DNA of 64,000 nucleotides from Pocillopora damicornis (Eukaryota): NCBI RefSeq assembly GCF_003704095.1, contig NW_020845065.1, positions 1 to 64,000 of the forward strand, read 5' to 3'. Shown piece by piece: positions 1 to 11,000 of this stretch (position 1 is its first letter; each line of letters starts with the position of its first letter). The notes under the pieces were generated by a model. It saw only the letters and a program-made list of their open reading frames with translations, ran no database searches and was not told where the DNA came from. The position numbers and the translations under genes were made by a program.

Positions 1-1347
1 TAAATGTAGCCCAACATCACAAAAGAAATAATTTTCACATTGCAGTGTGAAGTCAATATTTCTCCGTTTTTAGAACTCCTTCAGTTTGCTTTTATTATTT
101 TCAATTTCAAAGCCCCTCTAAAAACGGTCTGATTTGAAAACCGAAATGTCATAAAAACATGTTAAAATCGAAAGACTGTTCTAATAGCGAGGTAAAACAG
201 CCAGAAGCTTTAATTGAGAAGTCATTAATTTAAAATGTGATTAAAGTTTTGCTGAATTATGGTCGTGCGCCCCAATTTCTTTAGAAACTTACTGAATTTA
301 ATTGCTAAACAGCTGCTAAAGGCAAGCAGCCAGTGGAATTGCATCAGAACTTGGTTTGTTTTAAGAAGCTTCGTTTGTCTGCAATTTTGTTTTTAAAACT
401 TTGCTTTTAAAGTGTGTATTAATGAGGCTCTGGAAAATATGATAAATTCGTCTCCTAGTATTTCTGTGCGGCTGCCTGATAGTTGCTTTCCTGTTTTTCG
501 TCAATGAAAATAGTCTACAAACGCGTTTTGATGACGGTACACTAAGTAAACCCATTAGATCAAATACAAACAGCATGTTTCTTTTTATTGGATTAGAACG
601 TGACATACTGGACGCTGTTTACTCAAGACTAGATAAAAGAATATTTTTTACACGAAATGAACTAATTTAAGAAAAGGAAGAATTTTGTATGGAAAGTTAG
701 GAGATTCAGAGGAATTGGCGTTGGGTTATCTTATTTCCTTCCTTGCCTTAAATAAACATATTGGACCGGTTATTTACGCGAAGTCTAATCCAAACCGCAG
801 TTTTACGCAAGCAGTGGGTCTTGTATATTCTCTGTAATGGGGTTTGTTCTCGTTGAATGAGTGTTCTTATACTGTTAGCCTTCAGCTCTCTTCAAACTGT
901 TCACAAATATGAATGTTCACATAAAAGGTTCAGCTAAACCCAGGATAGTTTAGGACGCGGTTTTGTTAAACAACGGCTAAATTTTGTTTAAATAAGCGGC
1001 CTCTTGTGTTTTCAAAACGTCATGAAAGCATTTTAGGTTGTTGGTGAGTGTTAAACAAGTGATGCTTGGCCCACAACAATTGTAGTTGTAGATGTTGTGT
1101 AGCTTCGGGTTCCGTAAGTGACATCTAGTTGAAAGAAAGTAGCGGGTGAGCCAAAAACATCTGCTAACATCTGCGCGTTCGCCAGTTTAAGAACATTATG
1201 AGATAGATTCACGATCTGAGAATATTTTACTCATCACCTAGTTTACATGAGAAAAAAATCTCTTTTACAAAAAAATGTCGATTTATATTCATGATATGAC
1301 TCAGTACAAATATCTGGCCTTGCTTTGCTAAATGGCTATGATAACAT

Positions 1348-1512
1348 CATTTCATAGCAGGAAGTGAGATGTTTTCCCTCGGTGAAGCACGTATTGAAGG
1401 AAAGCAAAATGAGAGTTTCCGAAACAAACTAAACGTGCATAAATTCCTCGCAACGGCACGAAATGAGAAATGAACGCAACAAGAATGAAGGAAAGTTTTC
1501 CTTCTGTGTCAA
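1348..1512 (-). pseudogene. Internally deleted, frameshifted inverted copy of the adjacent GPCR
   Basis: The reverse complement reads TTGACACAGAAGGAAAACTTTCCTT|CATTCTTGTTGCG...: the GPCR 5' leader (1678-1698) joined directly to the TM7/C-tail (2623 onward), plus a 1-bp deletion (CATTTCGTGCC vs CATTTCCGTGCC). Confidence 0.85.
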
Positions 1513-1577
1513 TAGGGTTAAAACTGCATTTCTTAAATAGAGATATAGGCTCTTTAAAATTCAATCCACTTATGACG

Positions 1578-1677
1578 NNNNNNNNNNNNNNNNNNNNNNN
1601 NNNNNNNNNNNNNNNNNNNNNNNNNNNNNNNNNNNNNNNNNNNNNNNNNNNNNNNNNNNNNNNNNNNNNNNNNNNNN
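1578..1677. other. Assembly gap (100 N), probably of unknown true size
   Basis: Run of exactly 100 N. Confidence 0.99.
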
Positions 1678-1711
1678 TTGACACAGAAAACTTTCCTTTG
1701 GGTTCAAAACA

Positions 1712-2764
1712 ATGACTAATTTCACTGAACTTCACCATCATTTCATCAACCAAACAAAATGTCCTCCTGCTGTCTCTGGGACATTTACAGCATTTCTTTT
1801 GATTGCCAGCGTATTTTCCTTAGCGGGAAATCTTCTCGTGATCATAGCCTTCATAAAAACTCCGACACTAAAATCAAGAACAAATTACTACATTGTCAAC
1901 ATGGCAGTTTCCGACTTGGTGTCCGTTTTCTTCACCTGGCCGCTCTTTGCTACCGAAGGGATGCTAAAAGCAGATGGAAGTCTCATTACAGACATTGAAG
2001 TCTCCGTATTTTTTTGCAAGCTTGGGATTTATTCACGCGCTGTTTCGTATGTGGTTTCAGTTGCAAGCCTGGTGCTGATTGCCGTGGACAGATTCACTGC
2101 AATTGCCTTTCCACTGAAAGCTGTCGACATTACTCGAAGGATTCGAGCCTTTTTCCTCCCTTTAAGTTGGGGGGTTCCTTTGTTGGTTCAAATTCCCTTT
2201 TTTATTTACAGTAAAATTGTCAAAACAGAACGGTACACTTTTTGTAGAACCGTTGCGAAGAGCTCGATGCTGCAAATCTACAGTTTGGTTGGTTTTTGCC
2301 TGGTTTATTGTATGCCGTTAACTGTAATATTTGTTCTCTATCCTCTTATTGTAAGACGCCTAAAGAAGCAGGCACAGTTTAATATAAGCCATAACAGACA
2401 AAGAATTCTCCAGTTAAAGATCAAAAGGATTCGACAAAATCAAAACATAGTGAAGATGTTTAAATCAATAGTGTTTGGTTTTTTTATTTGTTGGACGCCC
2501 ATGTACGTCTACATGTTCCTAAAATCTCTTTATCCGTCAATATTCGACAAAGATAGATGTCTCGTAATGGTGGGTTTATTCTATTATTTCTGCCCATTGC
2601 TTAGTACAGCAGTAAATCCCTTCATTCTTGTTGCGTTCAGTTCTCATTTCCGTGCCGCTGCGAGGAATTTATGCACGTTCAGTTTGTTTCGGAAACTCTT
2701 ATTTTGCTTTCCTCTAATACGTGTTTCACCGAAGGAAAACATTGCACTTCCTGCTCTGAAATGA
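1712..2764 (+). CDS. Single-exon class A (rhodopsin-like) GPCR, orphan peptide-receptor-like, 350 aa
   Basis: Seven hydrophobic segments with GN in TM1 (LAGNLLVI), NMAVSD in TM2, Cys at the top of TM3, AVDRF (DRY variant), W in TM4, FFICWTP in TM6 and VNPFIL (NPxxY variant) in TM7; N-terminal NFT sequon. Confidence 0.93.
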   Translation: MTNFTELHHHFINQTKCPPAVSGTFTAFLLIASVFSLAGNLLVIIAFIKTPTLKSRTNYYIVNMAVSDLVSVFFTWPLFATEGMLKADGSLITDIEVSVFFCKLGIYSRAVSYVVSVASLVLIAVDRFTAIAFPLKAVDITRRIRAFFLPLSWGVPLLVQIPFFIYSKIVKTERYTFCRTVAKSSMLQIYSLVGFCLVYCMPLTVIFVLYPLIVRRLKKQAQFNISHNRQRILQLKIKRIRQNQNIVKMFKSIVFGFFICWTPMYVYMFLKSLYPSIFDKDRCLVMVGLFYYFCPLLSTAVNPFILVAFSSHFRAAARNLCTFSLFRKLLFCFPLIRVSPKENIALPALK

Positions 2765-3840
2765 TGTTATCATAGCTATTTCATTAGTAAAGCAAGGCCA
2801 GATATTTGTACTGAGTCATCTCATAAATGTAAATCAACCAATTTATTTGTAAAAGAGCTTTATTTCTCATGTAAATTAGGTGATGAATTAAATATTCTCA
2901 GATCGTGAATCTATCTCATAATGTTCCTAAGCTGGCGAACGCGCAGATATTGGCAGATGCTTTTGGCTCATCCGCTACGTTCCTTCAACCAGATGCTACT
3001 TACGAAACCCGAAGATACACAACATCTACAACTACAGTTGTTGTGGGCCAAGCATCAGTTTTTTGGCACCCATCAACTACCTAAAATGCTTTCATAACGT
3101 TTTGAAAACATAAGAGGCCGCTTATCAAAACAAAGTTTAACCGTTGTTTAACAAAACCGCCTCCTAAACTATCCTGGGTTTAGCTGAACCTTTTATCTGA
3201 ACATTCATATTTGCGAATAATTTCAAGAGGGCCAACGGCTAGCAGTATAAGGACGCTCATTTAATGAGAACAAACCCCCTTATAAAGAATACACAAGGCC
3301 CACTGCTTGCGTAAAACTGCGGTTTGGATTAGACCTCGCGTAAATAACCGGTCCAATATATTTACTTAAGGCAAGAAAAGAAATAAGATCACCCAATGCC
3401 AATTCCTCTTGAGATTCACAAAGAGTAATCTCCTAACTTTCCATACAAAATTCTTCCTTTTCTTAAAGTAGTTCACTTCACATAAGAATATTCTTTTTTC
3501 TAGTCTTGAGTAAACAGCGTTCAGTATGTCACGTTCTTACCATTAAAAAGAAACATGCTGTTTGGATTTGATCTAATGGGTTTACTTAATGCATAGTCAT
3601 CAAAGCACGTTTGTAGACTATTTTTATCGACGTTAAACAGGAAAGCAACTATCAGGCAGCTGCACGGAAATACTAGGAGATGGATTTATCGTATTTCCCA
3701 GAGCCTCATTTATACACGCCTTAAAAGGAAAGTTTTAGAAACAAAATTGCAGCCAACAAAGCTTCTTAGAACAAACCAAGTTTTGATGCGATTCCACTGG
3801 CTGCTTGCCTTCATCAGCTGTTTAGCGATTAAATTCATTA

Positions 3841-4020
3841 AAGGGGGTAAGTTTCTAAAGAAATTGGGGTGCTGCGTCGGTGGGAGAGTACAAGGTAATT
3901 TGATATTATCAACTGAGTCGATAGCGTAAATTGGCTGACGCTCCAAACGTCAGCTTTCAAACTCTTTGCATTGGCCAATTTACATTATCGACTCAGTTGA
4001 TAATACCAAATTACCCTGTT
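3841..4020. mobile_element. Fragment of a dispersed Penelope-like repeat with an internal ~40-bp hairpin
   Basis: GGGGTAAGTTTCTAAAGAAA...GCTGCGTCGGTGGGAGAG also occurs at ~43885 and ~60290. Arms ~3894-3935 (GGTAATTTGATATTATCAACTGAGTCGATA) and ~3974-4015 (TATCGACTCAGTTGATAATACCAAATTACC) are inverted. The Penelope assignment is from recalled similarity. Confidence 0.55.
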
Positions 4021-4898
4021 TATTAATTGATTCATTTCTTCGTGCGATTTCATTTTTGTAGTTAAAGTAAAAATGGAATGGATGTGGATATAACATAGCG
4101 TCTTTATTTAGAATATTCAACAATTACTCACCGAAGTTAAAGTGATGAATATTTAACGAGCCGCGAAGCAGCGAGTTAGATATCCATTACGTTCACCGAC
4201 ACCGAGATGAAGGATTGTTTTATTGTATGTGCTACTGCCAAAGAAAAATTTGTTAATTCCTGTCAATATATCGAAAAATAGTCGGAAAGTAAACACTTGA
4301 CGCGCGATTTTGTCTCTTCTGCTGTTCAGAGGTGAATAGTACTCGTCAGGAGAGGATGTACTTGCTAATCACTTCCAAACCAGCCAATTAAAAAAGTATT
4401 CTTCACCACTGAGGTCAATAATAAATGTGAAAACGAATCTACTTGATAGAACAAAAAAATTTTACACATTTAGGAATAAGATTGAAAAAATTTGCGGAAT
4501 ACTCGATAAACAAATTAGCTCTTAGCATGAAAAAAGTAACTCTGCGCAGGAGCCAAGTGGCCGACAAGACTTTTCCGGTCTACGAAGTACGGAATGAGTA
4601 GGAGTGCTGCTCTTCCCCCTGGAACAGACCCGAAAGGGAAACGTAACAAGGAAACTCCGCCAGGGCATTGACTAGAACAACGGCGGATGGTGATTTGAGG
4701 CACGGTAGTTGACTATATAGGAACAATCCAAACATTGCGTTTAGTATTTTTATTTATTTCTATTATTCTGCCTGCATGAATACATGAATAAACATAACCC
4801 AAAAGTAAAATTTGAACCTGATTGTAAATTAGCATCGTGTTGATCGATATCGTCTATTTGTCGCCATGGTAACAGTGTAACACTCACATCCGAAGGAA

Positions 4899-6689
4899 TT
4901 ACTCCCCTCCAGCCAAATCAAAGCATCTCTTCATGCGGACGAAGCAGCACAACTCGCCAGCACAGCTAATGGAAGCCTTCCTGCACATTTCAAGCAGCAC
5001 AAAGCAACCTCTCTGTTGGAGATATGTAAATTACGTTATTCTAAATAGTTTACTCTTTTAAGAGAACCAATGACAAAGAAATGTATTGTAATGATAAATT
5101 TCTAGGGCGCTCTCTCCATTGGCTCGTGATTGGTTTTAGTTTTGCAACTGATTGATTGAGAGAGTAGCGCACGTTTCCTGAACCAAGGTAAAGGCGAAAC
5201 ATGGAAAAAAATCTCAAAAGTTATGTTTTACTAAAAAAATTCAAAAAGTTACCAGCAACCGAAAAATCATGATTCAGTGCTTCACTTCGTTCAGGAATTG
5301 TTAAACAATGAGGATCTCAGGTTTCCTCGAAAAGACCATGGTCAATTATCGTAATCGTCAACGTTATCACCATCGCTATCGACATCGTCATTATCGTCGT
5401 CGTTGTCATCATTATCATCATCATTGTCATTATTACCATTGTCATCAGTATCGTCATCGTTGTCATTATTACCATTATTATCAGTATCGTCATCGTTGTC
5501 ATTATTGCCATCGTCATCAGTATCGTCATCTTCATCATAACCACCATCATTAACATTTATCGTCATCGTCATCGTTATTGTCTTCGTCATGGTCATCCCT
5601 ATCATTACAGTTATTGATGTTATCACGGTTGTAATGACAGCTATGATGATGGTGATGATTCACATTATGACCGCGATTGCAATTCGTGACATGTGCGTAG
5701 AGTGAGTCAGGCACTCACCACCAAAGGAGGAATTGAAGGAAGAGGGGATGGTAGTTTTTCCTTTGCGCATCCGAAGAATTTATCCAGACATTTAAGCATT
5801 TTACACCTGTCCTCCCCTGCTCTCCTCCAGCATCTGATTTTTCTTTTAATACAACGTTTCTGTTAAAAAAAAAAATGAATATGATATCGATTATGATCAG
5901 AAAATGGAAAAAGAACTCATAATCTTTTAAAATTCTAATAAAGGGAGAAATGAATCGAGGTTGCAGACGTATGAAAATTGATTATATTTAGAATAAACGC
6001 TCAAATGTGCCCTCTTTGACAATCGCAGACGACTTGTTTGAGTTAAAGATAAAAATGCAAGAGGTAATTTTGGTTATATTCAGTGGCCCTAAAATATTAG
6101 TCAATAAAATATGTTCTAAAATATTTTTCAGGCAGATTACCGCCCCGTTAGCTTGTTAAGGGTGTTTCTTTCCCCTTTTCCTTTTCCTTAAGGACCACAT
6201 TTACCATTTAACAACACAAATGAATACGTTTTACTACTACAGAAAATAGTAGTTATTTAAGAAATAGATAGCACTTTCTATCGGTATTAGGAGAATACGA
6301 GAAAAGTTTGTAGGTTACTCACCTCCTCCTCCGATAGGAAGTGCGATCAATTACTTTTTATAACATAGACTAAAAATGTTTCAATTTTGCATGCGTTTAC
6401 CGTCGCAATAAACGATAGGTTTCTAACCAATCGGGGCGCTGGTAATAATTCAGTTATTATATCTAACAAACTGGTTGGTGTCTTCACTTACCAAGAAATC
6501 TGGTGGCTCTTCGTGGTCATTGGCAATAAGAGTTGTTTCTGGTAATCCATTGTCTCTCACAGCCTCGGCCATTTTAAGGTCCTGTTGCTCAGTTATGAAA
6601 TTATACGAAGCCCTGTAAATTGCCACTTCATTGGAGAACACGTGCACCGCGAAAGCTGCCAGAAGCAATAACGCAGTGAAAGACTTCAT
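4899..6689 (-). CDS. Secreted cysteine-rich prepropeptide, 158 aa; exons 6468-6689, 5719-5859, 4899-5012
   Basis: Three phase-0 exons with GT/AG boundaries join in frame: MKSFTALLLLAAFAVHVFS (signal), acidic spacer ending DTNQF, then KRCIKRKIRCWRRAGEDRCKMLKCLDKFFGCAKEKLPSPLPSIPPLV, then RGCFVLLEMCRKASISCAGELCCFVRMKRCFDLAGGE*. A further donor lies 11 nt after the stop, an acceptor at 4772-4774, and AATAAA at ~4749-4758. Confidence 0.8.
5340..5665. repeat. Degenerate trinucleotide (CAT/CGT/TAT) tract with an embedded ~36-bp unit x~3, in intron 2 of the peptide gene
   Basis: CATTATTACCATTGTCATCAGTATCGTCATCGTTGT-like unit repeated from ~5428 to ~5535. Confidence 0.9.
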
Positions 6690-8043
6690 GGCGACGAAAT
6701 GTTATCAAGAGTGCTGTGTCGAGGCAACAAACATGCCTTGATATAGTCTCGGAAAAATCTCATTTAATTTTAAACTCTGCATACAGAAACAAAAGTTGAT
6801 GCCAAGATGTGTTTGGACAGCTTCCGTTGCCGAGTGCTCGCTGAGATTAACTTCACTGTCAAGCGGCTCTAAATTTGCACAGATGCTAAAGAACGAACAC
6901 GGAAACCTATCTCATTCTAAAGGTAAGATTCCCGCCCAGTTGGAGAAGTGTTTAATTGTGTTATCGCTGTCTCCGTCACGGAAGCAAAATTTGTTTTAAC
7001 CATCAAGCGCAGGGAGGAATAACCTCAGTCCCTTATGAAGATTCGGACGACATACTTTCCGATTTTTGTGCGGTCCACTGAGATACAAAGAATTTGTTGA
7101 AAAGCTATATCGTCTATTTGGTTCGCTTTCATTATAGACTGAACATAATTTAATATTCGCAGTCCAAATTAAAATTATACATTTTTACTTTTTATATTAC
7201 TTTAACTATAAAAGTTTCACAATTATTAAAAGTATTTTTTTATTGGGGAGGGGAACACAAAAAAAGTCTTAAAGTTTACAAATATGACATATGAGATTAA
7301 AAGTTTGTCTTTCTTTAACATGAAACCGTAAGGGGTACTTAACTTTCAGACGAAAAAAATACTTAGCTAAAAATATAAGATAACTTGGTTTAATTAACCC
7401 AACGAAACCTTTGTTATTCAGATAAAGAGCAGCAAAGCAAATTGCTTTTCCATGTTTGCCAATCAGTGTAGGGATACAATAAGCAAAAGATAATTAAAAT
7501 TTAAAACTCATCTGCATGAGTACAAGTACTTAAGTCAAGATTAGTGTAACTTCTGCATCAAATTACGTAAGAGAGTAAAACCAAAGAAGTTCAGGATACT
7601 TTTGAAACTATACTGCCAATTGCCCCCACATTTGTCAAGTGACCTATTCATGGTATTTCTTGCACCAGATGCATATTGAACACTTAATTGCAAATATGGA
7701 AACAGAACACAAGCAGGAGATACTACACTTCTAGTTCGTAATATATTTGTAAAAACAAATAATTTGGTTTCAAATATTTATTACAAAAGATGCTAAACAA
7801 TGCTATTTACATTTGAACTAACTGCTTCAAATTGATATACTTTTCCATAACCACCTAAGGCATATGTCTCTAACACTGACTAAAAAACCAAAGCAAGCTT
7901 TACGATAAGTTTCCCATTCTGAAAACACGAAAATTTCAACCTTTTACGGACACTATCTGGAGAAAGAAATTTTTATGCATTGTTTGACATTAATAATCCT
8001 TTTGAATCTGGGTCGATTGCTGTAATTTCCCAATAAGTTAACT

Positions 8044-11000
8044 TTAATAACTTCCGTCGTCATCGTCATCAAAGTAGTCGACTTTTCTTGCTCGGTATGC
8101 GTCTTTGAATTGTTCATCAAACAACTCAAGATCTTCCTCGTCACGTAATACACCCTGATGAATAAAAATGAGATAAATTGAGGTTAACAATGTTTTTAGA
8201 TGACAACCAGAAATACTGTTGGGTTAACTTTGTAGTCCTATTTATTTCTGTAGGTATAAGCAGAACATTAACCATTATTTTTCAACGAGGCAGAGATCTG
8301 CCTTTATTCTGAGAAAACCGTTAAAGGAGATGTGATAATCAAAAACCATACGCATTTTTCTCCTACAATCAAAAAGTATATGTAAAAATTTACCACTCAC
8401 CGCGTTTAGAGTTTCGAAAGAGTTATATAACCATTAAAAAATTATCTTCATATGAGCTACGAATTCGACTATGAACGCCAAAATCAGTTTATCCCCACAA
8501 ACTGCTGCTGCTCTGTTTATCATTACCACCTTATTCAGTTTGAGCAAGAATGTTTTGTGTTTAGTTTCCAGTTGTTCAAACAGATGGTTACGAGGTGAAG
8601 AAAAGAGTGAGACTCTGACCGTAGCGTCCCAGATAAGCTACTTGCTAGACAAAATTCAAAATGGCGTCGTTCGTGGTCGGATTTATAACTCATTTAAAAG
8701 CAATTTTCGTTAGGTTTCTCTTTGGGATCTCAAAACGCAGTACTTTCGACAAGCGGAGACACAAAGCAATACTTTTTCTGGACCATACTTTTCCTTTGAA
8801 AAAATTGCTTGAATGGTAGAAAAGCACCGAAACGAAGAGAGCAATCCACATACACTGTAGAGACGGGAAGGCTAAGGATGGAGAATGATGGATTGAGTAT
8901 TTCGAAATTTTTGGCTCAGAAGCCTTTTTCAGGCCTTTTACTGAGTTTTTCAAACTTGAAAGGAACTAAACCTAAGCAATCAGCCACGTTCGAAGTGTCA
9001 TCTGGAAGGACGAATTGTGCGACAAGTAGACGACGTAATGTAATACAAATACTACTATTGTGCTACATAAATATCAATAACAGTCAAAAGACACAATAAC
9101 AGAACACAAGAGGTATAGGAAATATCCACCTTAGGTAAGAAACCAAGAAGTTTGGACGCGTGTTCTTGCAGCATCCTCTGCCTTTCTCTTTCAATAATTT
9201 GCCTCCTGTATTCCTCCATTCTTTCTTGTTCACGACGAGCCTCCAGTTCTGCTTCCTGATAAAAAGGAAAAAAAATAATTTTCGTAAATGAAACAATTAT
9301 CAACAAAAAAAAATAGAGGACATTACACGGCCGCGCGGAGATACAAAGCTTCGAGTGTTGAAAAATGTTTAAAATAATGGCCTTTAGAATTTTTTATTTC
9401 GGAAAAAACCCAGCCATAAGCAAAATAATTTTTTTATATTTTTATATGTAACCATAGCAACAGTAATCTTTTATGACCTTCACGTGTGAAGAAACATGTT
9501 TTCGCGCGAAAGCTCATTTGGTATTTCATTGGTGTATAATAAGACAACATATCTGCTGCACTTAGAAGAAACGTGTCGTCTAACCCTTTCCCTCTGGAAC
9601 TGAATTCTCCTGTCCTCAATCAGTTTTTCTACTGCTTTCTTGTGTTCCAATTGCTTCATTCGTCTCTTCTGAGCGTTCATTTGTTCAATTCGGTCATCTT
9701 CTGCGAATTTCTCGAGCATCTAAAAGAGAAACATTTTTAGTGTCAGCAAACAATGGTGGAATGAGCACGATTCCTCTCAGGAAATCAGTCCGGTCAGTGG
9801 AGTAAAACGCATCGAAGCGCAAGCAACACTTCGTGTAGAATACCTTTCTTCTAAATTCGTCTTCTTCTTCCCTCTCTGCTTGTCGCTTCATCTCCTTAAA
9901 CTCAAGTTGCTGTCTACGCGTGCTCTGCAAGTCCAACCGCTGGCGAAGCCTGTTTTCAATCGCCATCTAAATAAGGATAGAAGCAAAACGAAGAGTCTCA
10001 ATAAATGCGCCTTCATGATAAGATGCGCGTGGGAAATTAAGAGCATTTCTTTTTAGATTTGTTATCTTGGTGTTTTCCTTTCATTTAACATAATGAAATA
10101 ATCCTTTAGTAGATTGGCCAGTAATCATTTGGCTCTAATTTTTGTTATTCACATAAATTTTCAAGATTACAATATTTTTTTCACTTCATTCATTCCAAAA
10201 CAGACATCTTTACACTTTCCTTTCTATACAGTTGAAGTTCCAAAGTTTAGTCACTGAGGATGAAGGAGATGCAATGTATCACAACAAAATTAAGGAGACT
10301 AAGAAAAGCCTTTACCTTTTCCTTCTGTCTCTCCATTTCCTCTTGTTCCTCGAGATACAGCTCTGTTCGAATTCTGAATGGAAAAAGGAAAAAAAAAGAG
10401 ATTGATGACACCGTATAATTAACAGTTCCATTGAAATCAAATATGCAGTTGCACAATCTTTAATCCATCATTCCGTTAGTTCGTTTGTCCAAGCGTCAAT
10501 TGATTATCTGTTCGATTTTTCTTTTCTGTACCTTTCCATTTCTTCCCTAGCCTCGGTTTCTTCTTGGATTTGTTTTGTAAGCTGAAAGGAAATACGTACA
10601 TTAAAAAAACAAAGTTTTAACATCATTTTTTTTCTTCCTCTGCACATTAAATTGCACTTAACACAAAAATTAGCTATAAACCATTCCCTTTAGACAACAA
10701 AGAGAGCGAAAACCACCATTTGCATTTAGTTTGGATCTCTCGTTCTATGTTAAAACTGTACTGATTATTCTTCAAGCCAGAAAACAAAATTTAACAACTC
10801 AACAACGCTCTGACCAGCTCGCTTCTCTCTAATAAGCCCCCTCTACCAGCCTATCCTTAAAACAAACAGTTAGCGTAAAACACACGGTACACATTTGAGC
10901 TGGGTAGCGTTGCAGGTCAAAATATTCTAGCAGTTTAAAACCTGTCGTAGTTTCTGTAGATAACATAACATAACATAACCAAAAAAAAGCAAAGCACGCA

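Larger units (their letters stand above)
267..3872. repeat. Large inverted duplication: left arm ~267-1512, right arm 1678-3872 (1699-2622 absent from the left arm)
   Basis: Continuous reverse-complement alignment read by eye, e.g. 941-960 CAGGATAGTTTAGGA vs ~3162-3176 TCCTAAACTATCCTG, and 267-292 vs 3847-3872. Identity looks roughly 85-90% (not computed). Confidence 0.92.

Noticed and set aside
1352-1753. ORFs spanning the N gap
   Set aside because: Artefacts of translating N; the real content is the deleted GPCR copy.
5308-5626. His/Arg/Cys-rich, Met/Thr-rich and Asp/Asn-rich ORFs (resembling metal-binding or acidic biomineralisation proteins)
   Set aside because: All are frames of one trinucleotide tract inside intron 2 of the peptide gene, with no signal peptide or splice support.
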